A stretch of 64,000 nt of DNA. It comes from an uncultured Gammaproteobacteria bacterium. Its GTDB lineage: Bacteria; Pseudomonadota; Gammaproteobacteria; GCA-001735895. Positions 31,773-42,599 of this stretch are shown here, one piece after another (positions within the stretch are counted from its first letter, which is position 1; each line of letters begins with the position of its first letter). Location: contig CAJXUC010000001.1 in NCBI GenBank assembly GCA_913061315.1, positions 72,197 through 136,196 on the forward strand, given 5' to 3'. The translations under genes were made by a program, and so were the position numbers. The notes beneath the pieces were generated by a model, which worked only from the letters and a program-made list of their open reading frames with translations, made no database searches and was not told the origin of the DNA.

Positions 31773-33158
31773 CTAGCCTGAAAGCTTTTGGTGAACTGTA
31801 TCCAGTGCTAACTGATAGCGGTCAAACATGTCGTTAATCTGCGTTTCAGTTATTATCAGTGGTGGGCAAACACCCACACCATCACCCGGTAACGCACGCG
31901 TAATAAGGCCATGCTGACGCGCGGCAGCCATTACTTGTGCAGCAACTTTGTCACTGGGTGGGAATTGCTCCTTAGTCGATTTATCTTTGACGAGTTCGAA
32001 AGCACCAATTAAACCAATGCCTCGCGCATCACCAACTAAAGGATGCGATCCGAATTCGCCAATACGTTTCATGAACGTTTTAGAAACAGTTCGGACGTGT
32101 TCTAGCATATTGTCATCACGATAGATATTCAAGGTTTCTAGGGCTACCGCAGAGGCTACCGGGTGGCCGCCATAAGTATTGCCGGTCCCAAATACGCCAT
32201 GTGTGTTACTGCCACTAACAAAGGCATCGTACATTCTCTCACTGATCAGAACAGCACCAATAGGTTGATAAGCGGATGATAATTGTTTGGCGCAGGTAAT
32301 CATGTCTGGCTTGATGTTGTAGGTATCACAGCCCCACATGTTTCCAGTCCGGCCAAAACCACAAATGACTTCGTCAGCAACAAACAGGATGTTATGTTTT
32401 TTTAACACGGCCTGTACTTTTTCAAAATAATGGGCGGGTGGAATAAGAACGCCACCAGCACCCATAACCGGTTCAGCGAAAAACGCACCGATCGTATCTG
32501 GATCAGCATCAAGAATTTGCTGCTCAAGCTCATTCACGATGCGGTCGGTAAACTCGGCTTCACTTTCTCCATCCCGACCATTTCGATAATAATGGGGTGT
32601 TTCGCAATGCATCACGTCTATTGCGGGTAAATCAAATCCATTCTGTGCGTAAGGCAATCCAGTTAAGCTACCAGCGGCAACGGTAACACCATGATAAGAG
32701 CGTTTTCGAGCAATCAGGCGCTTCTTTTTGGGTAGTCCCAATGCGTTAAAATAATACCAGACCATCTTGATTGCAGAATCAACGGCTTCCGAACCAGAGT
32801 TAACTAAAAATGCACGGCTAATGCCTTCAGGTGCAATTTCCACCAATCGCTCACTGAGTTCAATGGCGGGTTGGGTCGAACGATGACTGAAAAGATGTGA
32901 ATAAGGTAATTTTTTAAATTGAGCCATTGCTGCATCAACCAAGCGGGATTCACTAAAACCCAACGAGGTACACCAAAGTCCAGACATGGCTTCGACTAGA
33001 CGATTGCCTTTATCATCATCAACATAGATACCCTCACCACCCACGATGGTGAAAGGTCCAAGGTCTTCGTGCCCACTGAGGTTGGTAAAAGGATGAAGAA
33101 CGTACTTCCTATCAGTATCTGCTGAGGTATTAGCTGAATTTGGGGCAGAATTATTCAC
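31773..33158 (-). CDS. Class III PLP aminotransferase (omega-amino acid/polyamine type)
   Basis: LHPFT, SGLWC, SGSEA, YHG, AEPVMGAGG, DEVICGFGRTG and AKQLSS; GTG start with GGAG SD. Confidence 0.92.
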   Translation of the reverse strand: MNNSAPNSANTSADTDRKYVLHPFTNLSGHEDLGPFTIVGGEGIYVDDDKGNRLVEAMSGLWCTSLGFSESRLVDAAMAQFKKLPYSHLFSHRSTQPAIELSERLVEIAPEGISRAFLVNSGSEAVDSAIKMVWYYFNALGLPKKKRLIARKRSYHGVTVAAGSLTGLPYAQNGFDLPAIDVMHCETPHYYRNGRDGESEAEFTDRIVNELEQQILDADPDTIGAFFAEPVMGAGGVLIPPAHYFEKVQAVLKKHNILFVADEVICGFGRTGNMWGCDTYNIKPDMITCAKQLSSAYQPIGAVLISERMYDAFVSGSNTHGVFGTGNTYGGHPVASAVALETLNIYRDDNMLEHVRTVSKTFMKRIGEFGSHPLVGDARGIGLIGAFELVKDKSTKEQFPPSDKVAAQVMAAARQHGLITRALPGDGVGVCPPLIITETQINDMFDRYQLALDTVHQKLSG

Positions 33159-33432
33159 GATCAATCTCCGGTTAGTGCAACGAATCAATTTGATCCATCT
33201 GTTGGTAAAATGCGTCAGTTAAATAGACGCCTACTTTACCAGCAGTAAAATTAGCAGGCGGTTTCTGCAAAAGAGACTGCAAGACTTAGAGTATAAAACT
33301 TAAAGGCCCCTTATTCAAAGAATTATAAAAGGCCTGTTTACTAATACCAAATGGGTCAACTCAATGCATATTGGCAAACTGAGTTGAAAGCTATTGAATT
33401 CAATTGACGACTGATTTAGGTAAAAATTATCC

Positions 33433-34641
33433 TCATTTCCAAGGTTCTGGGCCCTCTGGTATAACTGTATTTTTACCACGAACAATATCACCCTGTTGAT
33501 CATACATTGGCAGTGAACATAGTTTTGCTCTATGAACCTCACCGTCAATGCACATCACATTAAGATCCGTGTCGGTAAATGTTCCATTATCGTCTAAACG
33601 GACAATTGCAACACCACATTGTTGAAAAGGAGACCAAGAAGAAGAAGTAACCATACCGATATTATTACCGTTAAATGTTAAGCTACGGCCTCGCTCAGCT
33701 ATGCTATCGTGAACTCGCATGCCGTAAGTTCGGTTTTTTTTATTCGATTTTTCCAAGGCTACACGTCCAATAAAATCAGCTTTTTCCATATTAATGAAAT
33801 GGCCTAGCCCCGCTTCAAAAGGTGTCGTCATCTCTCCAAAATCGGTATGGCTGAGTAATCCGGCTTCAATTCGGCGGGCACGGAATACCGGAGTACCTGT
33901 CAGCATCATTTGGTATTTCTGACCCAATTCCCAAATACGATTACCGATGGCCTCTGCGTCATTTTCGGGACGAAGGTAAAACTCCCAACCAAGTTCATTC
34001 GAAAAACCAGTCCGTGTAATAATAACGGGCTGGCCAGCAATGCTCACTTCAGCAATATCGAAGTAACGCCAAGGGTCGGGGAAATCATCATCAATCACAT
34101 CTTTTAATAAATCCATGGCTCGTGGACCTTGTACCTGACTAACCCAAACGTTGGGATCAGAAATAGTGACATCCAGATCACCTATATGAGCCATGTACCA
34201 CTTGGTCAGTTCACCATCGGCCTGGGCCATCCAGAACTTGTCTTCAGCCAGCCTTAACAAAACGCCATCATTAATCATACAACCATTATGATATAGCGCA
34301 AAATTATAGGAGCACCGACCCACTTTTACGCCACTGACGTCTCTTGCAAAGACACGGTCAGAAAATTTTTCAGCATCCGGTCCACTGATTTGAACGGGGA
34401 ATTCACCCGTATTCCGAAGGATTACTTTTTGACGAACGGCCCAGTATTGTTCGTCATCAGTCACATTGTTTAAATGCTCTGGCGTCATGCGGTTATTATA
34501 AAGCTGATATTCTGGATCAAAGGGTAACTCCAAATAAGATAAAGGATGCACCTTCATACCTGAGGCCAAATGATGAGGACGTGCCCCTTTGGCTGGCAAC
34601 GCTTTTATTGCGTAGCGTGATTTTACAATGTCATCATGCAT
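33433..34641 (-). CDS. Stand-alone aminomethyltransferase (GcvT/DmdA-like THF-dependent) protein
   Basis: INDGVLLRL, QVQGP, TRTGFSNELGWEFY, RRIEAG and PFEAGLG motifs. Confidence 0.88.
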   Translation of the reverse strand: MHDDIVKSRYAIKALPAKGARPHHLASGMKVHPLSYLELPFDPEYQLYNNRMTPEHLNNVTDDEQYWAVRQKVILRNTGEFPVQISGPDAEKFSDRVFARDVSGVKVGRCSYNFALYHNGCMINDGVLLRLAEDKFWMAQADGELTKWYMAHIGDLDVTISDPNVWVSQVQGPRAMDLLKDVIDDDFPDPWRYFDIAEVSIAGQPVIITRTGFSNELGWEFYLRPENDAEAIGNRIWELGQKYQMMLTGTPVFRARRIEAGLLSHTDFGEMTTPFEAGLGHFINMEKADFIGRVALEKSNKKNRTYGMRVHDSIAERGRSLTFNGNNIGMVTSSSWSPFQQCGVAIVRLDDNGTFTDTDLNVMCIDGEVHRAKLCSLPMYDQQGDIVRGKNTVIPEGPEPWK

Positions 34642-34767
34642 AGTAAGGGACCGTCAATATTTAATTAGTGTGTTAATAAATTGAGCTGGCGTAATACTAG
34701 TTATGCCAGTAGCTTGAGTTGGAAAAGCAAGTGGTTGGCCAAATTAATCTTAATATCAGTCATTTAC

Positions 34768-35853
34768 TCACTCGTTGATTAATGGTTTAAAAGAAGTATT
34801 GATGCGATTGATAATTGTCCAGATAAAGTTGGCTCTAGCCCCGCCAAGAAGGTCTTTAGCTTTGTTGCGCTGCTTTGCTTCGCGTAATTCATAGTCAATA
34901 GCACGGTTAAGATCATGGCCTATATTCAATGCAATCTGACCAGGTCAATATAATCGCAGTTGCGCCATAGTTTTAGACAGTGTGTCGTCATACTAACCGT
35001 GACCCGATTACAAATTTCAAGCAGGCACGGATTTTTACAAGCTGCATCAGAAAAGGTCTCTTCTCGTCTGGTGTCATATCCTGCCAGAACCATCTTGTGC
35101 TTCACGGAGGGCCTCAAGCATGGCGTGCTTGCCATGGCAGCTTGTGTGAAATTTATGTTGTACTGATTCAAAAATATAGTCTGAACTGGGTTCATACCAC
35201 ATTGCCGGTTTATGAGCCTCACTGGCATGCGTTGTAGAAAAGCCCTGAAGCGTATTAATGGTATCTGGGTTGGTGAAAAAACCATCTGCGGTTAGGATGG
35301 CTACCTCAATCCCATTTGAAGCTGCCATATCTGCAGGATAGGGTTTACCCATTGTGCCAAATTGGGCCTCGATGCCTGGATTACGGGTCGCACAAAGTCC
35401 AAGGGCGTGAGTTGTCTGCTCAACACTCAATTCCAGAATTCGACAGGCTACTTCAGAGTCAATCAAACCAGCATCAATAAAATTATCGATCGAATTAAGG
35501 CCTATTTTTTCAGCCGTCGCCATTACAGCTGGTATGACAGCAACGCTCGGATGGCCAAAATTAAGAAAGTGTGTATCGTCGTAATGGAATGGGTGAGAGA
35601 TTGCGCCGTTATAAAGAGCTGCAGCACGTGCAGATAACGTCACCCGACTGCCAATAATACTGGCCTGCGGTGAACCGCCTTCGTCAAGTAGCATTTGGAG
35701 AACGATTCGGCTGACTGGCTCATCACGCCCAACGATAACAACTGTAATCCAGTCTCTTAAAGATAATTCCGCTATCTTACGAGCGCTTTTCGGGGTCAAC
35801 GTGCGTTTAGTGTTAATCGCAAAAGTAGCAATTTTCTGGCTAATACCCATCAA
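34768..35853 (-). pseudogene. MmgE/PrpD family pseudogene
   Basis: NGAISH...DDTH..GHPS, AQFGTMGKP and KFHTSCHGKHA are present, but the GFH.T region is deleted at ACRI|LEL. The C-terminus continues in other frames (MVLAGYDT...; HDLNRAIDYELREAK...). Confidence 0.8.
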
Positions 35854-35877
35854 GCGTAGACTATTCAGTGAGGCTAT

Positions 35878-37035
35878 TTAATAAGATCGCGGCATGCCCA
35901 GCACATGTTCGGCAAGGTAGCTGAGTATCATATTGGTCGAAATCGGAGCAACTTGATATAAGCGCGCCTCACGAAATTTGCGTTCAATATCGTATTCCAC
36001 CGCAAAACCAAAACCACCGTGAGTCTGCACACAAGCTTCAGCTGCCGCCCAAGAAGCATCAGCCGCTAACATTTTAGCCATGTTAGCTTCCTCACCTGGA
36101 TTACCACCAGACTCATAGAGGCGAATGGCTTCTCTTAATACCAATTCTGCTGCACGCATTTCTGCATAAGCTTTTGCAATTGGAAACTGCACACCTTGGT
36201 TCTGACCAATTGGCCTGCCAAAAACCGTGCGTTCACTGGCGTAACGGCTGGAGGTATCAGTGAACCATTTGGCATCACCAATACACTCAGCGGCAATAAG
36301 AATACGTTCGGCATTCATGCCAGAAAGAATATAACGAAAGCCCTTACCCTCTTCACCAATAAGGTTCTCAGCTGGCACCCTCACATCGTCAAGAAATACT
36401 TCAGTGGTGGAGTGGTTCATCATGGTTTTTATTGGACGAATGGTAAGTGAATTTTCATCGCAATCGCGCATATCAACGAGTAGCACAGACAGGCCATCTG
36501 TTTTTTTCGCAACTTGATCTAGGGGTGTAGTTCGGCACAATAACAACATTAAGTCTGAATGTTCCGCACGCGAGGTCCAAATTTTCTGACCGTTAACAAT
36601 ATAGTCATCACCGTCTCGTCGAGCCGTAGTGCGCAGTGCAGTGGTATCGGTGCCACTACTGGGTTCAGTTACGCCAAAGGCTTGAAGTCGCAAGCTACCA
36701 TCGGCGATACCGGGCAAAAAGCGTTGTTTTTGTTCTTCTGACCCATGACGTAATAAAGTACCCATAGTATACATCTGTGCGTGGCAGGCGGCTGCATTGC
36801 AACCCTCGTGATGAATAGTCTCGAGGATCGCAGAAGCTGCCGAAATAGGTAATTCTGATCCGCCATAAGTTTCAGGTATTAACGCCGCTAAATAGCCTGA
36901 TTCTGTAAGTGCTTGCACGAATTCGATTGGATAGGCTTGTGTTTGATCTTTTTTGCGCCAATAAGCGCCATCGAAGTCTTTGCATAGCCGGCGCAATCCT
37001 TCTCTAATTTCTTCATGGTCAAGTTCATATTTCAT
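35878..37035 (-). CDS. Acyl-CoA dehydrogenase (methylsuccinyl-CoA dehydrogenase-like by context)
   Basis: FGVTEPSSGTD, NGQKIWTSR, GMNAERI, RTVFGRPIGQNQG and RLYQVAPIS motifs. Confidence 0.92.
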   Translation of the reverse strand: MKYELDHEEIREGLRRLCKDFDGAYWRKKDQTQAYPIEFVQALTESGYLAALIPETYGGSELPISAASAILETIHHEGCNAAACHAQMYTMGTLLRHGSEEQKQRFLPGIADGSLRLQAFGVTEPSSGTDTTALRTTARRDGDDYIVNGQKIWTSRAEHSDLMLLLCRTTPLDQVAKKTDGLSVLLVDMRDCDENSLTIRPIKTMMNHSTTEVFLDDVRVPAENLIGEEGKGFRYILSGMNAERILIAAECIGDAKWFTDTSSRYASERTVFGRPIGQNQGVQFPIAKAYAEMRAAELVLREAIRLYESGGNPGEEANMAKMLAADASWAAAEACVQTHGGFGFAVEYDIERKFREARLYQVAPISTNMILSYLAEHVLGMPRSY

Positions 37036-38171
37036 TATTTGGTACCTAATGGGCTGAATTCAGTTCTAAGTGAATCACCCTGTTGATTTAACAAGGGCAC
37101 AATTTTAGGACGTGCCACATCGGTTTTCACGGGCAGATCCGCCATTTTAATGGTGACTGCACCAAACTGTGCTTCAAACTCACGTAAAAATTCATGTTCA
37201 GACAAGTCATCGACACTGCTCAATTGACCGCAAGCAATTTTATTCAGGTTAAGTAATTCGATCAGCTCAACTCGGGTCTTTTGAGAAAATAGAGCGTCGA
37301 TCGTTTGGTGTACCTCATCGCGATTAGCGACACGGTCCGTGTTGTCTTTAAATCGCGGGTCATCAGCCAGCTCAGGTTGGCAAAGCACCGTTTCGCAAAA
37401 AACTCGCCATTCCCGATTACTCTGAATCGCGATCAAAACTTGAGCCTCATCTCGACTAGTGAAAGCACCATAAGGTGCAATTAATGCATGCGTCAGGCCG
37501 AGTCGCTTCGGAGCACCACCAAAATAACGTTGTGCCATCAGCGGCATGTTCATCCAGTCTGCCATTACATCAAACATCGAAATTGATAAGTCAATGCCTT
37601 CACCAGTTCGACTGCGTTGTAATAAGGCACGTAAAATCGCCGAAAATGCGGTTAAACCTGTACCGATGTCACAGATTGATATGCCAACGCGTGTCTCATC
37701 TTCGGCCGTGCCCGTTACCGAACAAATGCCGCTCTCGGCTTGCACTAAAAAGTCATAAGCTTTTTTATTGGCTGCAGCACCAGAGTTACCATAGCCATTA
37801 ATTTCACAACAAATTAATTTCGGGTTTTGCTGACGTAGGGTGTCACCATTGAACCCACGCCGTGCTAAAGCACCGGGTGCAAGATTGTGTAAAAAAACAT
37901 CGGCCTCACGCAGCATATTAAGCAACAAGTCAACATCCTCCGTCTGGTTAAGGTCGATACAAATCGATTCCTTACCACGGTTAAGCCAAGCGAATATACT
38001 GCTATTACCATCGGCACCGCGGTCATAGGCTCGCGCAAAATCGCCTTCTTTTCGTTCGACTTTAAGCACTCTGGCACCCGCATCCGCCAGCAGCAAACCA
38101 CAATAAGGTGCCGAGACAGCTTGCTCGATAGAAACCACTAAAAAGCCATCAAGTTCGCGATTAAGTCCCAT
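37035..38171 (-). CDS. CaiB/BaiF family III CoA-transferase
   Basis: EQAVSAP, LADAGARVLKVER, NRGKES and AYDFLVQAESG motifs. Confidence 0.92.
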   Translation of the reverse strand: MGLNRELDGFLVVSIEQAVSAPYCGLLLADAGARVLKVERKEGDFARAYDRGADGNSSIFAWLNRGKESICIDLNQTEDVDLLLNMLREADVFLHNLAPGALARRGFNGDTLRQQNPKLICCEINGYGNSGAAANKKAYDFLVQAESGICSVTGTAEDETRVGISICDIGTGLTAFSAILRALLQRSRTGEGIDLSISMFDVMADWMNMPLMAQRYFGGAPKRLGLTHALIAPYGAFTSRDEAQVLIAIQSNREWRVFCETVLCQPELADDPRFKDNTDRVANRDEVHQTIDALFSQKTRVELIELLNLNKIACGQLSSVDDLSEHEFLREFEAQFGAVTIKMADLPVKTDVARPKIVPLLNQQGDSLRTEFSPLGTK

Positions 38172-38294
38172 ACATTTCCCCATTAGACAGAACATAAAGA
38201 CTATGCGTGATTGGGATCAATATAAATATTAGAAACTATAGATAGGTGCGATAACATTTGATGATACCAAGATTGACGATTAAACTCAGTGGTT

Positions 38295-39218
38295 ATGGAT
38301 CTTAAACAAATTAAAACATTTATTTGCGTCGCAGAGTCAGGCTCCTTAAGCAGGGCATCAGACCGGCTACACACAGTTCAGCCAGCGTTATCGCGCCAAA
38401 TTAAACTGCTTGAACATGAAATTGGAGTCGACTTGTTTACCCGCCATGTGCGCGGTATGGAATTGACGGAAGCAGGACAGGCATTTTTCGATAGAATGAC
38501 GGGACTTGTACGTCAAATTGAAACCTCAGTGCATGACATTCAATCCATGCGAGGGAAAATAAAAGGGCACGTGGCACTTGGCATTATGCCAACTATTAGC
38601 ACCGTATTGTCGGTCAGACTAATGCGGCGAGTAAAAGAAGAGTTCCCTGATATAGAGTTACGTATTGTAGAAGGTTACTCAGTCCATCTGCTCGAATGGC
38701 TTCAGCGTGGTGATATCGATGTAACGTTTCAGTATGGTTCCTCAAGTGATTATCATTTGCGCAGCGAAGACATGTTGTTCGAAGACATCGTGCTAATCAG
38801 TGCACCCAATTCACTACCTGAGATATCAGCTGAAGTCAGCCTCGAAGCCGCCTCAAAATTGCCCTTGGCGTTACCCAGTGAATCTTTTGGTTTACGACGC
38901 GTGCTCGAATCAGCCGGCGCCGCCAACGGTGTCTCAATTACACCAAGCTATCAAGTCGACTCATTTTGGGTGATAAAGTCACTGGTAGAGTCAGGTATAT
39001 GTCATTCACTCATGCCGGTTTCATCAGTTTTAGAGCAGGTCGAGGCAGGTTTAATTGAGACCCGACAGATCACACCACCAATCCAACGCCAGATTGTTTT
39101 ACTGACACCGAATGACCGTGTCAATACTCGGGCGACGGATGCCGTCATAGGTTTGTTAAAAAAAGAAGTGGATGAGATGATAGCTTGTGGAGAATGGCCT
39201 GCGGTCGCTATTTCATAG
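38295..39218 (+). CDS. LysR-family regulator
   Basis: N-terminal HTH QPALSRQIKLLE; divergent from the CoA-transferase. Confidence 0.92.
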   Translation: MDLKQIKTFICVAESGSLSRASDRLHTVQPALSRQIKLLEHEIGVDLFTRHVRGMELTEAGQAFFDRMTGLVRQIETSVHDIQSMRGKIKGHVALGIMPTISTVLSVRLMRRVKEEFPDIELRIVEGYSVHLLEWLQRGDIDVTFQYGSSSDYHLRSEDMLFEDIVLISAPNSLPEISAEVSLEAASKLPLALPSESFGLRRVLESAGAANGVSITPSYQVDSFWVIKSLVESGICHSLMPVSSVLEQVEAGLIETRQITPPIQRQIVLLTPNDRVNTRATDAVIGLLKKEVDEMIACGEWPAVAIS

Positions 39219-39355
39219 TTTGAAGTAAAGTCTGTTAAAAACGTAGGGTTCTATTATCAAATAATGGCATAGTGAGGTTAACCCCATTCTATTTGTATTA
39301 TGTTAATTTGTGCTCATAATCCTAACACTTGATAATTTACTCTCGGTGCACACTG

Positions 39356-40222
39356 ATGAATGTCGAACAACGCCCGGTTAAATCACGCAGAAGCTTTATT
39401 TTTTCACCGGGACTTAAGCCAGAAATGTTTCCTAAAGCACTCGCTTCAGGTACCGATATTGTTTGTGTAGAACTAGAAGATGGCATCGCGCCCAAAGACA
39501 AATCAGAAGCTCGCCTTAAAGCATTGCAACTATTCGAAACCCCTCAAGCAGATGACGGTGTTGAGCGAATTGTGCGCATTAACAGCATGCGAGAATCATT
39601 TGGTATTGCGGATGTGCAAGCGATTCTGGCCACTAAGACACCACCGCCTGCTCTGATGATGCCCAAGGTTAAAAATTCAGATGAAGTTATTATGTTGGAT
39701 AATTTGCTAACCGAGGCTGGACATGACACGCGACTACATATCATCATCGAAACCAATGCTGGGCTAGAAGCCTGCTTTGACATTGCCCATTGCAGCCCTC
39801 GAATCGACGCGTTATTTTTTGGTGGTGTCGATATGGCTGCCGAATTGAGATGTGAAAACGCTTGGCAACCATTGCTTTACGCGCGCTCGCGGGTTGTTCA
39901 TGCCGCTGCTTCCGCGGGGCTTGATGTGGTCGATGTTCCCTTTCTGGACTTAAACGATCCTGAAGGTATGGTTTTAGAAGCGCAACAAGCAAAATCGTTG
40001 GGTTTTTCTGGAAAAGGGTCGATTCACCCAAAACAAATTGCCGAACTGAATGCTGTTTTCACCCCAACGGATGAATCAATAGCCCGTGCGAAACGAATTA
40101 TTGAAACCTTTGAAGAAGCCGACACGGGGTTGGTTGTGATCGATGGTAAACTCATTGAGAAACCAGTATTAAGGGACATGTACCGCATACTTGCTATTGC
40201 TGCCGCAGCCCAAAAAAGCTAA
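39356..40222 (+). CDS. CitE/HpcH family CoA-ester lyase ((S)-citramalyl-CoA lyase-like)
   Basis: RSFIFSPG, LEDG, VRIN, IIET, GK.SIHPKQ and DGKLIE.P motifs. Confidence 0.85.
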   Translation: MNVEQRPVKSRRSFIFSPGLKPEMFPKALASGTDIVCVELEDGIAPKDKSEARLKALQLFETPQADDGVERIVRINSMRESFGIADVQAILATKTPPPALMMPKVKNSDEVIMLDNLLTEAGHDTRLHIIIETNAGLEACFDIAHCSPRIDALFFGGVDMAAELRCENAWQPLLYARSRVVHAAASAGLDVVDVPFLDLNDPEGMVLEAQQAKSLGFSGKGSIHPKQIAELNAVFTPTDESIARAKRIIETFEEADTGLVVIDGKLIEKPVLRDMYRILAIAAAAQKS

Positions 40223-40289
40223 AAATCAAAGCTTAAAAAGCTAAACTAAAAATCAAACCATTAAAACCTGTACCTAGAAGGAGTAACCA

Positions 40290-41093
40290 GTGTCATTACC
40301 CTCCAAACATTACGAAACACTGTTAGTAACTGCTGCAGCAGAACACGTATTGCAAATCACCTTAAATCGGCCTGAATCATCGAACGCGTTTAATACACAC
40401 ATGGCACGTGAGATGATCGAGCTAATTGAAGGGCTTTCACTCGACCCTGAAGACAACCGCTGTATTTTACTCACAGGGGCTGGTGAGCGCGCTTTTTGTG
40501 CCGGTGGTGACTTGAAGGAACGTAAAGGCATGACCGATCAAGACTGGGGCAAACAGCATTTGACATTCGAACGCATGGTGCGCGCCATAATCAATAGCCC
40601 GACCCCGATTATTGCCGTGATTAACGGCGCAGCCTACGGTGGTGGATGCGAACTAGCAGGTGCGGTTGATTTTGCATACGCGTCTGACAATGCACGTTTT
40701 GCACTAACCGAAACCTCATTGGGAATTATTCCAGGCGCTGGAGGTACCCAAACACTGGCAAGAGCAATGGGCGAGCGACGTTGCAAGGAGTTAATCCTTA
40801 GCGCAAAACCATTCAGCGCCACCGAGGCATTGCAATGGGGTCTTCTCAATGCAGTCTACCCACTCGCTGATCTATTACCCGCAGCACTTGGTGCCGCAAA
40901 ACGAATTGCTGCCAACGCGCCCATTGCGGTAAGGCAAGCAAAACAATCGATTCATCGGGGTCTGCAAATGTCTTTAGCCGATGGTCTGGCATTCGAAATA
41001 GAAGCTTATAATCGTACCGTTCCAACTGATGATCGCTATGAAGGTGTGCTGGCCTTCAACGAAAAACGTAAACCACAATTTAAGGGGCGTTAA
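40290..41093 (+). CDS. Enoyl-CoA hydratase (crotonase family)
   Basis: LNRP, AFCAGGDLKE, GGGCELA, E..LGIIPGAGGTQ and AFNEKRKPQFKG motifs. Confidence 0.93.
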   Translation: MSLPSKHYETLLVTAAAEHVLQITLNRPESSNAFNTHMAREMIELIEGLSLDPEDNRCILLTGAGERAFCAGGDLKERKGMTDQDWGKQHLTFERMVRAIINSPTPIIAVINGAAYGGGCELAGAVDFAYASDNARFALTETSLGIIPGAGGTQTLARAMGERRCKELILSAKPFSATEALQWGLLNAVYPLADLLPAALGAAKRIAANAPIAVRQAKQSIHRGLQMSLADGLAFEIEAYNRTVPTDDRYEGVLAFNEKRKPQFKGR

Positions 41094-41098
41094 TTAAA

Positions 41099-42016
41099 AT
41101 GACGGATCTAGCAACGGTAAGGGAAGTTGGCCTGCGTGATGGACTGCAATTAGTTAAACGCACATTGCCAACTGATATAAAAATTGAATGGTGCCAAACA
41201 CAGGCAGCCTGTGGCTTTAGAGAAATGGAGGTGACCTCTTTCGTGCCACCTAAAGTCATTCCACAATTTGCCGACGCTGAGTCTGTTTTAAAAGCCGCTC
41301 AATCTATCAGCAATATGCGCGCAGCGGTATTAGTACCCAACCTGAAATGGGGGTTACAGGCACTGGATCATGGCGCTAAAAAGATTACCTTTGTATTGTC
41401 AGTCAGTGAAGCCCACAACATGGCTAATGTTAGACGCACTACCGACACGTCGATTGCCGAGTTTTCCGAATTGATTGCTGAACGTAATTGCAGAGGACTG
41501 CAAGACAGCGTGATGATGTCCGTGGCATTGGCCACGACCTTCGGTTGTAGTTTACAGGGTGAAGTAGCCGAACCGCGTGTCTACAATGTTGCCGAGCAAG
41601 TGCTCATGGCTGGCGCGCAGGAGCTCAATATGGCAGACACCGTGGGTTATGGTAACCCTATACAGGTTAAACGAATATTTACTGAAATCTTGCAATTGGC
41701 GGATAAAGTGCAGGTAGCAGCTCATTTTCATGATACCCGAGGCATGGGCCTTGCCAACGCAGTCGCAGCGCTTGAAGCCGGTGTGCGCGAATTTGATGCG
41801 TCGCTTGGCGGTCTTGGGGGCTGTCCGTTTGCGAAAGGAGCCTCTGGCAATATCGCCACGGAAGATTGTGTTTATCTGTTGGAAAGTCTTGGTTTTGCAA
41901 CCGGTATTAATATTCTAGCAATGCTTGAAGTACGCAAAAATCTGAAGGACTGGTTACCCGACGAGCCACTAGAAGGCAAGTTATTAAAGGCAGGTTTAGC
42001 GGCCACGTTTGAATGA
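41099..42016 (+). CDS. HMG-CoA lyase family protein
   Basis: EVGLRDGLQ, ADTVG, HFHDTRG and GGLGGCPFA..ASGN motifs. Confidence 0.92.
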   Translation: MTDLATVREVGLRDGLQLVKRTLPTDIKIEWCQTQAACGFREMEVTSFVPPKVIPQFADAESVLKAAQSISNMRAAVLVPNLKWGLQALDHGAKKITFVLSVSEAHNMANVRRTTDTSIAEFSELIAERNCRGLQDSVMMSVALATTFGCSLQGEVAEPRVYNVAEQVLMAGAQELNMADTVGYGNPIQVKRIFTEILQLADKVQVAAHFHDTRGMGLANAVAALEAGVREFDASLGGLGGCPFAKGASGNIATEDCVYLLESLGFATGINILAMLEVRKNLKDWLPDEPLEGKLLKAGLAATFE

Positions 42017-42599
42017 TTTTTAAAACAATTTAGGCGATAAAGATTTTATTTTTTTCTCAAATGCGATGAATTTATCGCAAGAATAATGTCGATGGCTTTA
42101 ATTTTCCAGCGGTGTCGTAAAGTATCAAAAAAATGATTAGCGTGATTATTAATTTTGCAAAATTACTATTTAATTTAGACTAAAAGTGGTTGTTTAGTTT
42201 TTACTCAATCAACCTAACCCAAACATATAAACATGACAAAATTGAATAATACAAAGATTAGATATTCTCATAAAATAGGCTGTCAGTAATAAGGCTATAA
42301 TCTAAGGTTTACTGGGCGGGTAGTTGAGACGTACCCTTTATTTTAGTAATCAGTATAGCCTTCATCTTGACTGCATCCACGCCGTTACGATGCGCTTCTT
42401 TATCTACAGATTGAGAACCCCTCTGTTGGACTCTAAACCATAGTTCTAAAAAACTAGCCCTATTAAATATTAAGCTCAAACCCACGCCTATTAGTGTTGT
42501 GCAATTTGGGTTATAAACTACTCACCATTACACGATAAGGCTTGGAAAATGATTCTTAGCTAAACTAATATTTAATAATTTTCTCTATTGAGTTAGGCA

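Noticed and set aside
40212-40257. AAAAAGCTAAA and CTAAAAATCAAA short duplications at the citE stop
   Set aside because: Low-complexity slippage with no functional evidence.
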